Shown: one piece after another, positions 1 to 9,118 of the stretch
Layout: every line of letters begins with the position of its first letter
Numbering within the stretch: the first letter of the stretch is position 1
IMG/VR virus record: IMGVR_UViG_3300031857_000010
Coordinates: 62,001 to 126,000 of that record
Reading direction: 5' to 3' (one strand)
Length of the DNA: 64,000 nt
Notes under the pieces: generated by a model
Told to the model about the DNA's origin: nothing
The model's database searches: none
The model's input: the letters and a program-made list of their open reading frames with translations, nothing else
Made by a program: the position numbers and the translations under genes

Positions 1-2
1 CC

Positions 3-947
3 CTCAAAGAGAAATTGGCAGAGAAAGTTACTGCTACATTTAAAATGGTAGATTATGTGACCACAACTACTGATATTTTTGCAAGTCATATTAAGAGATA
101 TAATCCAAATGTAAAAGTCGTTCCAAATGCTATTGATATGGCACATCCTATGTGGGCTCAAGAGAATACAAAAAAAACAGACAGAGTTAGAATATCTTGG
201 ATTGGTGGTTCCAGTCATGCAAAAGATTTAGAGTTGCTTAAGAACTCTATGAATATATTGCACAATGACTCGAATTTGAGAAACAAATATCAAATTGTAA
301 TGTGTGGTTATGATATTCGTGGCTATATAACAGAAGTCGACCAAGATGGTAATGTAATTAATAACAGAAAAATAACTCCTCAAGAAACAATATGGAACGT
401 ATTTGAAGGAGTTTTTACAGATAATTATAATCCTAATTTTATATCAGAAGATTATAAAAAATATTTATTGAAGTGTGAAAACGCTCAATTTAAAGGATTT
501 GATGTTTATGAAGGACCATATGTTAGAAGGTGGACTCTTCCACTTACTCAGTATGGAAAACACTATAATTATTGTGATGTTTGTTTGGCTCCCTTAGCTG
601 AAAATACATTTAATGAAGTTAAGTCTGAATTGAAAATCATAGAAGCTGGTTTGACTAAGAAAGTTCTTATAGCACAAGAATATGGTATTTATAAAGAATT
701 GATAAAGAATGGTGAAAATGGAATTTTAATTCCTAAATCTAAAAACGTAAGAGGTTGGTATGAGGCAATTAGAAAGGTCGTAAACGATAAAGAATACAGA
801 GAGAAATTAGCGAACAATCTTTATGAATTTGTGAAAGACAAATATACTTTGGAGATAGTAACCGCAAATAGGGTTCAGTGGTATAAAGAAATTGTTGAAA
901 AAGCTCAAAAAAATAAACCAATTCTTCAAGAGTCTTACTCAAACTAA
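3..947 (+). CDS. Glycosyltransferase (GT-B/GT4-like), 5'-truncated by the window edge
   Basis: Frame is open from position 3. C-terminal GT-B signature DVCLAPL..N.FNEVKSELKIIEAG and ENGENGILI. Confidence 0.8.
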   Translation, partial: LKEKLAEKVTATFKMVDYVTTTTDIFASHIKRYNPNVKVVPNAIDMAHPMWAQENTKKTDRVRISWIGGSSHAKDLELLKNSMNILHNDSNLRNKYQIVMCGYDIRGYITEVDQDGNVINNRKITPQETIWNVFEGVFTDNYNPNFISEDYKKYLLKCENAQFKGFDVYEGPYVRRWTLPLTQYGKHYNYCDVCLAPLAENTFNEVKSELKIIEAGLTKKVLIAQEYGIYKELIKNGENGILIPKSKNVRGWYEAIRKVVNDKEYREKLANNLYEFVKDKYTLEIVTANRVQWYKEIVEKAQKNKPILQESYSN

Positions 948-983
948 TTAAATTTCTTAATATTTATAATTAAAAATATAATT

Positions 984-1799
984 ATGAAGAATATTAGTTT
1001 AAATTTTGGTTCTATAAAAGATACTATTTTTAGGTATTCATCGAAAACCATTATAAACGAAGGAAAAACATCCAGTTTTGTCGATTTATTTGTTGAAGAA
1101 TTAAAGAAAAAGCCAATTCTCAAACTTCAGTATTTGATCTATAAAAATATAGAAAATGCTAATTTTAAGAAAGAATACCTTGCTGAAAGATATTTGAATC
1201 AAAATATAAACTTGATAAAAGATTATAATTGGAATGATATTTTGAAGGAAAATAAAGATTTTAGAGTTGATATTCTTAAGAATTTCCATGTAGAATCTTC
1301 TCCGGAAAAAGCAGGTCTCTTTGAATCAATACATATTCTGATCAAATCTAAAACAATGAAAAATTTTAATGATTTAGATGATGAAAACAGGTCATATGAA
1401 ACAGTAATAAATTATTTGACCAGAGATATAGAAGTAGAAAAAAGCTCATTACAAGAAAATAAAACTAACGAAGAAATAGAGTTTCCTAAATTATTATCTT
1501 GGAAGTATGTGACTGAACTTGCAGTGAACAATTTTAACGAAAGATATTCTCACTTAAATGAATCAGAACAAAATTTAGTTAAAATTCTTATGTCTGAAGA
1601 AAATTACAAGGTAAATTATTTAGAGGATTTAAAACAAGAAAATCTTACATTGATAAATACTTTTCTCACTAATGCAGTTGATTCTGAAACAGCAAACAAT
1701 CTCAATAAATTTAAAAATAAAATAGAGAATTTAACGAACTCAAACTTAGATGAATCTATTATAAATCTCTATGAATTGAATTTGAACCTGAAAGATTAA
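984..1799 (+). CDS. Hypothetical phage protein
   Basis: 271-aa ORF with A-rich leader and a terminator just downstream. Confidence 0.75.
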   Translation: MKNISLNFGSIKDTIFRYSSKTIINEGKTSSFVDLFVEELKKKPILKLQYLIYKNIENANFKKEYLAERYLNQNINLIKDYNWNDILKENKDFRVDILKNFHVESSPEKAGLFESIHILIKSKTMKNFNDLDDENRSYETVINYLTRDIEVEKSSLQENKTNEEIEFPKLLSWKYVTELAVNNFNERYSHLNESEQNLVKILMSEENYKVNYLEDLKQENLTLINTFLTNAVDSETANNLNKFKNKIENLTNSNLDESIINLYELNLNLKD

Positions 1800-1817
1800 A
1801 AAGTTTTTTTTAAAAAT

Positions 1818-1842
1818 AAACCCCCTAATTGGGGGTTTTTTT
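1818..1842. terminator. Bidirectional intrinsic terminator
   Basis: AAACCCCC-TAATT-GGGGGTTT hairpin flanked by A and T tracts between convergent genes. Confidence 0.85.
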
Positions 1843-2677
1843 ATTGTAGGTTATACTTCTTTCTGTGTTCTACCATTAAATCAACTATTATTTTACGAGT
1901 TTGGGTTGTGAACTCACCCTTGGTCATAATCCAATCATAATAAGATTTATCTTTTTCAAGAACTAATGTTACTGATTGACCTTGATATTTGCCAAATCCA
2001 AATACAGGAATATTGTCAGTATTTAATTTAATTGTTCCAGCAAAATCTACACTATCAAAATCTTTTGTAAAATCAGATAAAGCTTGAACATCGTTAATAA
2101 CTGGTTCACTAATGACACTATCATCCTTTTCAACACAATCAATTCCAGAATAATGATCTAACATTGATTCTAATACCTCTACGGTGGCTTTTACGTCATT
2201 TAAAGCATCGTGGGCACCTTCTAGGTTCTTTTTACAATAAAATTGATATGCAGCCTTTAAATCACGTCTTTCCATTCTGTGGTAAATTCTTTTTACATCT
2301 ACACACCTTCTATCAGACATATCCAATTCAAAACCTGCCCTAGCAAATTCCTCCATTAACATAGGAATATCAAATCTATTGCCGTTAAAGGTGCAAAAAT
2401 CAGAATCTCCTATTAGATCAAACAAGGATTTAGCAATTCTATCGAATGTGGGTTGGTCTTTGACCATATCGTCAGTAATGTGATGGACATCACTGGCTTG
2501 TTTTGGAATCGGAATTTCGGGATTCACTAATCTAGATTTGACTAATTTTTCCCTGCCATCAGCAAAAATTTTGATTATTGCCAACTGAACAATTCTGTCG
2601 TTTTTAACACTTAATCCCGTAGATTCAATGTCAAAACAAATAAGGTCTTTTTCTAAATTTAATTTCATATTTGCCAT
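1841..2677 (-). CDS. DEDDh 3'-5' exonuclease (DnaQ/Pol III epsilon-like, Bacteroidota type)
   Basis: CFDIESTG, FNGNRFDIPML and HDALND motifs; C-terminal FGFGKYQG domain. Confidence 0.9.
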   Translation of the reverse strand: MANMKLNLEKDLICFDIESTGLSVKNDRIVQLAIIKIFADGREKLVKSRLVNPEIPIPKQASDVHHITDDMVKDQPTFDRIAKSLFDLIGDSDFCTFNGNRFDIPMLMEEFARAGFELDMSDRRCVDVKRIYHRMERRDLKAAYQFYCKKNLEGAHDALNDVKATVEVLESMLDHYSGIDCVEKDDSVISEPVINDVQALSDFTKDFDSVDFAGTIKLNTDNIPVFGFGKYQGQSVTLVLEKDKSYYDWIMTKGEFTTQTRKIIVDLMVEHRKKYNLQ

Positions 2678-2688
2678 TTTTATCCAAG

Positions 2689-2696
2689 CAAATATA
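2689..2696 (-). promoter_or_regulatory. Bacteroidota-type -7 promoter element (TAnnTTTG)
   Basis: TATATTTG on the minus strand, 11 nt upstream of the exonuclease start; no clear -33 element seen. Confidence 0.4.
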
Positions 2697-2707
2697 ATAA
2701 AAAAAAA

Positions 2708-3109
2708 TTAAATCTCAGTTATATCAAATTCATCAAGAAGACAACTTTCTCCATCCTCTCCGAAATTTCCAGTATTTTTGTCGGTAATCCAACCTCTGAA
2801 AAAAGCATAATATCCAGTTTTAATATTTCCGTCAGGATACGATTCTAAATAAGCCTCTGTACCTTGATCAAACCATTCGTTTGGTTTTGTAATAAATCTA
2901 TAGTTTTGTCTGTAGATCTTATAAGGATAATTATCGTCTAGTTTGAAGTAATCTATAAATCTATCCTCAAAAATATTGAACCATTTATTGTTAATAATAA
3001 TAAAATGTTCATAAGAACCCTTTCCATCATACCATAAATAAATGATATCATTATTTTTTAGTTCTTCAATTTTTATCTCTTGCCAAAAAGGTTTATTGAA
3101 TTCAATCAT
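2708..3109 (-). CDS. Hypothetical protein
   Basis: 133-aa ORF overlapping the topA stop by 4 nt. Confidence 0.65.
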   Translation of the reverse strand: MIEFNKPFWQEIKIEELKNNDIIYLWYDGKGSYEHFIIINNKWFNIFEDRFIDYFKLDDNYPYKIYRQNYRFITKPNEWFDQGTEAYLESYPDGNIKTGYYAFFRGWITDKNTGNFGEDGESCLLDEFDITEI

Positions 3110-5436
3110 TTTTTCTTAGCGTATTTTTTTGATTTTGATGAACTTTTACCCTCTCCGATTATTTCTTCACAATCTTTTTTAGTGATAGTTTCTATATCAT
3201 AAATAGCCGGAATCTTATAATTTTTATTTTTAAATTTAATGTATGGTCCATATTGACCATTCAATACTTTTATATCACCAAATTCTTTTGTAGATCCCGA
3301 TTTTTCATTACTTGAATTTTCCTTTATTAATTCTGAAGCTTCCTTTAGATTTATTTTTTCAGGATCATATTCTGTATTTGACAATCCAATAAACTTACCA
3401 TCATATTTTACATACGGTCCAAATTTACCAATCGCTACTTGAACAGGTTTTGATTTATATTCTCCTAGGTTTCTAGGCCATTTTAAAAGTTCCAATGCTT
3501 CTTCAAGAGTTATACTACCAACTTCTTTGTCTTTTGGTATAGATGCATATTTTAAATCTTCATCTCCTTTTTCTCCAAGTTGTACCATAGGTCCAAATCT
3601 TCCAAATCGAGAATAAACATTTTTCTTTGTAGATTTATCAACACCAATTAATCTTTCATTTGATGTTCCGATTTCACCAAGAGCAGATTTAACCTTTTTA
3701 TCAAAAGGAGAATAAAAATCTTTAAGCATTATTTTCCATTCTTTATTACCATCTGAAATTTCATCTAGTTGATTTTCTATTCCAGCAGTAAATTTATAAT
3801 CCATAATATCTGGAAAATTATCTGTTAGATAATCACAAACTACAATTCCAATTTCAGTAGGAATCATTTTAGCTTTTTCTGCACCAAATTTTTCATCTAA
3901 TTCATTAGTGGATAATTTATCATTTTTTAGACTGATATTTTTTACTTTTCTTGATTTAGCAGGCAGGTCTTTTTTCTCAACATATTCTCTTTTTTGAATA
4001 GTTGATAAAATTGATGCATATGTAGAAGGTCTTCCTATTCCAAGTTCTTCTAATTTTTTTACTAATGAAGCTTCATTGTATCTAGCTGCTGGTTTAGTAT
4101 AAATTTCTAACCCATCAATTTGTTCATAATCAAGAATTTGACCTTTCTCCATCTTCGGTAAAGTTCCATTTTCATCTTGATCATCTTGATTTTCTTCTTC
4201 TTCAGCATCTTCATTACTATATACCTTTAAAAAACCGTCAAATGTTATTACTTCGCCTTTTGCAACAAATAAATCTTTTTTACCACCTTTGGAACTTTCA
4301 ATTTCAATAGTGGTTTTATCCAATAAAGCATCTGACATCTGAGAAGCCACTGCTCTCCTCCAAATTAAACCATAAAGTTTCATTTCATCTTGTCCAGAAA
4401 CTACTTCTTCATGTTCAAAATGAGTTGGCCTTATTGCTTCGTGGGCCTCTTGAGCACTGGCGTTTTTATTCTTAAATTTTTTAGGATTAGAAAATTTATT
4501 ACCATACTTTTCAACTATAAATTGAGTTGCTGCCTGAACAGATTCCTCTGATAAATTTACACTGTCTGTACGATGATAAGATATATGACCTTGCTCATAA
4601 AGATTTTGAGCAGTTCTCATTGTTCTGTCTACACTAAATCCAAATTTTTTTGATGCTTCTTGTTGTAAACTTGAAGTTGTAAATGGTGCTGGAGAACTTC
4701 TTTTTCCGGGTTTAGTTTCAATCGAGCTTACACTGAATTCTGAACCAACTAATTTATTTAAGAATTTTTCAGTCTCTTCAAAATTTTTGAATCTTTTATT
4801 TAGTACAGCTTTTATTTTCTGTTTTTTACCACCTTTGTCAATTGAAAAAATTGCTACAACTTTATAATCAGAAGTAGAATCAAATGATTTATGTTCTTTT
4901 TCTCTTTCTACAAGAATTCTTAATGCAACACTTTGAACCCTTCCTGCAGATAAACCTAATTTTATTTTTTTCCAAAGCAATGGCGATAAATCAAACCCCA
5001 CTAAACGGTCCAACACCCTCCTTGCTTGTTGAGCATTGACCATATTCATATTAAGTGTTGTAGGATTATTTATAGCTTCATTAATAGCTTTTTCGGTGAT
5101 CTCTTTAAAAATAATTCTTTTGGTTTTTTTTACGTTTAAGCCAAGAACCTCTGCAACATGCCAAGAAATTGCTTCTCCTTCTAAATCGTAGTCACCTGCT
5201 AAAATAACTTCATCACATTTTTTTGCTAAATCTTTTAATTCTTTAACAACATCTTTTTTGTCAGTAGAAACCACATATGAAGGTTCAAAATCATTTTTTT
5301 TATCAATTCCTTCTTTACCTTTTTTTAATTCTCTAATGTGACCTATACTAGCTTTGACTATATAATCTTTTCCAAGATAAGATTGAATTTTCTTGATCTT
5401 ACCCGGACTTTCACATATTACTAATTTTTTTCCCAT
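3106..5436 (-). CDS. topA: DNA topoisomerase I (type IA)
   Basis: LVICESPGK Toprim, DYDLEGE, SAGRVQS, catalytic ISYHRTDS, GIGRPSTYA, and C-terminal GRFGP/GKFGPY repeats. Confidence 0.97.
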   Translation of the reverse strand: MGKKLVICESPGKIKKIQSYLGKDYIVKASIGHIRELKKGKEGIDKKNDFEPSYVVSTDKKDVVKELKDLAKKCDEVILAGDYDLEGEAISWHVAEVLGLNVKKTKRIIFKEITEKAINEAINNPTTLNMNMVNAQQARRVLDRLVGFDLSPLLWKKIKLGLSAGRVQSVALRILVEREKEHKSFDSTSDYKVVAIFSIDKGGKKQKIKAVLNKRFKNFEETEKFLNKLVGSEFSVSSIETKPGKRSSPAPFTTSSLQQEASKKFGFSVDRTMRTAQNLYEQGHISYHRTDSVNLSEESVQAATQFIVEKYGNKFSNPKKFKNKNASAQEAHEAIRPTHFEHEEVVSGQDEMKLYGLIWRRAVASQMSDALLDKTTIEIESSKGGKKDLFVAKGEVITFDGFLKVYSNEDAEEEENQDDQDENGTLPKMEKGQILDYEQIDGLEIYTKPAARYNEASLVKKLEELGIGRPSTYASILSTIQKREYVEKKDLPAKSRKVKNISLKNDKLSTNELDEKFGAEKAKMIPTEIGIVVCDYLTDNFPDIMDYKFTAGIENQLDEISDGNKEWKIMLKDFYSPFDKKVKSALGEIGTSNERLIGVDKSTKKNVYSRFGRFGPMVQLGEKGDEDLKYASIPKDKEVGSITLEEALELLKWPRNLGEYKSKPVQVAIGKFGPYVKYDGKFIGLSNTEYDPEKINLKEASELIKENSSNEKSGSTKEFGDIKVLNGQYGPYIKFKNKNYKIPAIYDIETITKKDCEEIIGEGKSSSKSKKYAKKK

Positions 5437-5442
5437 AATAAA

Positions 5443-5802
5443 TTATTTTATTTTTTTTGGCCTACCCCTCTTTTTTTTATTTTCAATTTCAACTGTAACA
5501 GTATCAATAATAATTTTTTTATTGTCTTTTAAATCAGATTCAAACCAAGTTTCCTTTAAATCTTTATTATGATCATCAAAATTCTTTTTTGTCCAAACTT
5601 GATTTTTTGTAATAGAATTTTTAGCCTGATCTTGTGTAATCCAAAATATTTTTTTTACATTTTGACCTTCATTAATTTCAACATTTAAATGTGGACCCTC
5701 TTTAAAGTTCATTCTTACAGAACTACCTTTATCTATTACTGTACCATCCATTAATTTAATATTTTCCAGTAACTTCATGTATGTTATTTTATTTTTTGCC
5801 AT
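5443..5802 (-). CDS. Hypothetical protein with C-terminal AT-hook-like KRGRPKK
   Basis: 119-aa ORF in operon; ends KKKRGRPKKIK. Confidence 0.65.
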   Translation of the reverse strand: MAKNKITYMKLLENIKLMDGTVIDKGSSVRMNFKEGPHLNVEINEGQNVKKIFWITQDQAKNSITKNQVWTKKNFDDHNKDLKETWFESDLKDNKKIIIDTVTVEIENKKKRGRPKKIK

Positions 5803-5804
5803 TT

Positions 5805-6668
5805 CTATATGTGTTGACGTAAAACTTTGCTATTCTTGTTACATTTTAATACTCTGATAGTCATATCTTTAATTTGACGAACTCTTTCTCTTGTTAAATC
5901 CAAATAGTCACCTATTTCTTCTAGAGTCATAGTTTGGTAACCCAAAATTCCATAATACATACAAACTATAACTCTTTGACGGGGTTGGAGACTTTTCAAA
6001 ATTTTCTCTAAATCATCGCAAAAAGATTCATTAATTAATTTTTCATCCGGTGATGTTATTTCTTTGTTGATCAAACAATCACTTAAAACCATATCCTCAC
6101 TGTCAGAAACAGGACTATCCAAAGAAGCAACCTTTCCAGTGTTACTTAGCATAGTATCTTTAATTTTAATTTCTGTTTCTTCAAGGACTTGAGCAATTTC
6201 CTGTTCAGTGGGTTCTCTTTCAAGTTTTATTTCTAATTGCTGTGCAGTTCTATTAATTTTATTTATTGCCAAATTTTGATTATTTGGTAGACGAATTAAT
6301 TTGCCGTTATCAGAAATTGATTGCATGATTGATTGACGAATCCACCAAACTGCGTAAGAAATAAATTTAAATCCTCTAGAATTGTCAAATCTCTCGGCTG
6401 CTTTAATTAAACCCAAATTTCCATCAGAAATCAAATCTTCCAAGCTCATACCTTGGTTTTGAAATTGCTTAGCTACAGAAACAACAAAACGGAGATTAGC
6501 TTTCACAATTTCATTTAGTGCAGCTTTATCTCCGTTTGCTATTCTCTCTAATAAATTATATTCTTCTTCTTCTGTTAGTAGTTTGATTTTTGATACTTCT
6601 GAGAAATAATAATCTAATGATTGACTCTCTCTCTTTGTGATTGATTTAGTGATTTTTAGTTGTCTCAT
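5805..6668 (-). CDS. RNA polymerase sigma-70 family factor (short Bacteroidota RpoD-like), copy 1
   Basis: MRQLKITKSIT N-terminus, ANLRFVVSVAK, GNLGLIKAAERFD, FKFISYAVWWIRQSI, TLEEIG..LDLTRERVRQI. Confidence 0.95.
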   Translation of the reverse strand: MRQLKITKSITKRESQSLDYYFSEVSKIKLLTEEEEYNLLERIANGDKAALNEIVKANLRFVVSVAKQFQNQGMSLEDLISDGNLGLIKAAERFDNSRGFKFISYAVWWIRQSIMQSISDNGKLIRLPNNQNLAINKINRTAQQLEIKLEREPTEQEIAQVLEETEIKIKDTMLSNTGKVASLDSPVSDSEDMVLSDCLINKEITSPDEKLINESFCDDLEKILKSLQPRQRVIVCMYYGILGYQTMTLEEIGDYLDLTRERVRQIKDMTIRVLKCNKNSKVLRQHI

Positions 6669-6705
6669 TTTGTTTGTGATTTTACTATAGATAAAAGTAA
6701 TCTCA

Positions 6706-6736
6706 CAAATATAAGAAATATGAACTATAAAGACAA
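6706..6736 (-). promoter_or_regulatory. Bacteroidota-type promoter (TTG-N20-TATATTTG) upstream of sigma copy 1
   Basis: Minus-strand TTG at 6736-6734 and TATATTTG at 6713-6706. Confidence 0.5.
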
Positions 6737-6773
6737 CACTTTTCTAATTTTTTATAATTTTTTATAATTTTTA

Positions 6774-7631
6774 TTAAAAACGAAGTTCTGAACCCAAATT
6801 TCTTTTCATGAAACCTCTCAATTTTCTGATTGCTTTATCTTTAATTTGCCTGATCCTTTCCGAAGAAAATTCAAGTTTGTGTGCAATTTCAGTGTTTGTT
6901 AATTCCAGATTTTTATCATTTAATCCATAACTGAGTTTTATTACCTCCTTTTCCATTTCTGAAAGACAAGAAAAAGCTAATTCAATCTGTTTTTTTCTAT
7001 AATTACCTGCAACGTAATCTTCAATATTCAAAACATCTTGATTGAGTACATCTAATAAAGTGGTTTCGCAATCAGGTGTTAATTTTGTATCTAAAGAAGA
7101 AGTCTTGTTTCCGACGTATAAAATATCGAATGTTTTATGATCAATATTTAATTCTTTACAAACTTCATCTATAGAGAAATAACCATTATTCTCTAATTTC
7201 TTTTTATTTATTAAATCTTTTAAATGATTTTGTTGTTGGATTTTATTTTGAGGTAATCTAACTAATTGTCCATGTTTAGCAATTGCTTCTAGTATTGATT
7301 GTCTTACCCAAGCTACAGCATAAGAAATAAATTTGAAACCTCTAGTTTCATCAAATCTTTGAGCTGCTTTTATTAAACCAACATTTCCTTCTGCTATCAG
7401 TTCCTCTAATGACAAACCACGATTCTGATATTTTTTTGCACATGAAATAACAAATCTTAAATTGGCTTTTACCAATTCATTTTCTGCGTTTTTATCTCCG
7501 GTTCTAATTTTTTGAGCTAATTCAACTTCCTTTTGTTGATCAATCATCGGAATTAAAGAAACATCATTGAAATATTTATCAATTATAAAAGTTCTATCCG
7601 TGATGGTTGCTGTAATCTTTAGGCTTCTCAT
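6774..7631 (-). CDS. RNA polymerase sigma-70 family factor, copy 2
   Basis: ANLRFVISCAKKY, GLIKAAQRFDETRGFKFISYAVAWVRQSI, SERIRQIKDKAIRKLR. Confidence 0.95.
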   Translation of the reverse strand: MRSLKITATITDRTFIIDKYFNDVSLIPMIDQQKEVELAQKIRTGDKNAENELVKANLRFVISCAKKYQNRGLSLEELIAEGNVGLIKAAQRFDETRGFKFISYAVAWVRQSILEAIAKHGQLVRLPQNKIQQQNHLKDLINKKKLENNGYFSIDEVCKELNIDHKTFDILYVGNKTSSLDTKLTPDCETTLLDVLNQDVLNIEDYVAGNYRKKQIELAFSCLSEMEKEVIKLSYGLNDKNLELTNTEIAHKLEFSSERIRQIKDKAIRKLRGFMKRNLGSELRF

Positions 7632-7689
7632 GTTTATAATTTGTTTTTTGTGGTTAATTAAAACGAAATTATAAAAAAAAAGTTACAAA

Positions 7690-8526
7690 TTACATTTTGC
7701 TTTTAATTTCATTTAAACGGTCACGAATTTTTGCACAGAATTCATATTGCTCCTTTTCTTCAGCATTTATTTTTAAAGCTTCTAAAAATTCTATGTTATT
7801 GATATTCTGTAGATTCTGTTCTGAAAAACCATCATAAAAGGTAAATCCAGAATTTTTAAAATAATCTTTTTCAAGATTTAAATTAAAACCATCTATAATA
7901 ATAAAAGATGGAGAATTAATATTATTTAAAATATTATTTATAAAAATATCTTGCTGTTCGTTATTTAATTGAGAAAATTTCTCAAATTCCTCTTTTTCTT
8001 TTTTTAATTGTTCTTGGGTTTTTTTATAAAAGTCATTACATAATTCTTCTATTTCTTTTGGAAGATTTTTATAATCTAATTTTACTACAATTAAATTATT
8101 CTTACTTTTTAAATCCAAGTCTTTGACGTGATTAACATTTTTTTTATTTGTGCCAATCAAAAAACATCCTGTAACATCATTCAATAAACCAAGTTTAGAA
8201 AAACATTTAGGTTCATTTTCTTTTTTATCTTTAATGTATTTCTCTACTTTATCTTTCTCTTCAATTAGTTTTTCTATATTTATAACATCATTTTTTTTGC
8301 CGGATTTTTTATCCAAAATGTTGTTGAAATTAAATTTTTTTTTTAAAATATTATCATATTCTAAGACGAAAAAATAATTTAATTTAGAAGCATCTTTAGT
8401 TCTTTTTATAGAGTTATGTTTATCAATATTTTGATCTTCTTTGAATTTATCAAAAATCGTAATTACCTTTTTGTGTTGAGGTAATTGCATTACTCTATTA
8501 TAGGTAATTTTCTTTACTAATTTCAT
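7690..8526 (-). CDS. Hypothetical protein with C-terminal UVR (UvrB/C) coiled-coil motif
   Basis: Ends LKINAEEKEQYEFCAKIRDRLNEIK, resembling the A...E.YE.AA.IRD UVR motif. Confidence 0.65.
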   Translation of the reverse strand: MKLVKKITYNRVMQLPQHKKVITIFDKFKEDQNIDKHNSIKRTKDASKLNYFFVLEYDNILKKKFNFNNILDKKSGKKNDVINIEKLIEEKDKVEKYIKDKKENEPKCFSKLGLLNDVTGCFLIGTNKKNVNHVKDLDLKSKNNLIVVKLDYKNLPKEIEELCNDFYKKTQEQLKKEKEEFEKFSQLNNEQQDIFINNILNNINSPSFIIIDGFNLNLEKDYFKNSGFTFYDGFSEQNLQNINNIEFLEALKINAEEKEQYEFCAKIRDRLNEIKSKM

Positions 8527-8537
8527 AAAAAAAATAA

Positions 8538-8837
8538 TTAACTATTCCAGTCAAGTTGATTAAAAAAATTCTTTATTGTTTCAAAGGCTTCCTCATTATC
8601 TATGTTTATGAATGCACTTTGTATTTGACCGGTTTTATGATTAACACCACTAAATGTTAAAGACAAATATCTCATAGAAACATTTTTTTCCCTGAATTGA
8701 ACAAGATCAATCTCTAGTTGACCATCTTGTTCATTACCTATGCATAAATAGGTTGAAGGTTCATCATTGTTTTCTCTATTGTTATTTTCTTCTTGCGGAA
8801 TAAGATTAGACTTGCTAATAAAATTGTTATCAGACAT
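8538..8837 (-). CDS. Hypothetical protein
   Basis: 99-aa ORF in operon. Confidence 0.65.
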   Translation of the reverse strand: MSDNNFISKSNLIPQEENNNRENNDEPSTYLCIGNEQDGQLEIDLVQFREKNVSMRYLSLTFSGVNHKTGQIQSAFINIDNEEAFETIKNFFNQLDWNS

Positions 8838-8888
8838 TTTTTCTATATTTTATAAAATAAAAATATGAAAATAAAATAACAAAGTAAA

Positions 8889-9113
8889 TTAATATTCAGA
8901 ATCAAATTCTTGACCTTGATGCATAATCCCAATACTTACTTTGTGAGCTAATTCTTTTAATCTAATTAGTTTTTTTCTTGCCCTTCTTCCAGCTTTTCTG
9001 TTTCTAGTAGGTCCAATAAATTTATATAAATCTTGTTCAGTTTGTTGAATTAAGAATTTTAATTTTTGAAAATTCTCATCAATATTATTATTATCGTTAA
9101 ATTGTGGTATCAT
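8889..9113 (-). CDS. Histone H1-like (Hc1 family) small basic protein
   Basis: NRKAGRRARKKL..LKEL..KVS resembles the Hc1-family GNKAAG.RARK motif. Confidence 0.6.
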   Translation of the reverse strand: MIPQFNDNNNIDENFQKLKFLIQQTEQDLYKFIGPTRNRKAGRRARKKLIRLKELAHKVSIGIMHQGQEFDSEY

Positions 9114-9118
9114 ATAAT

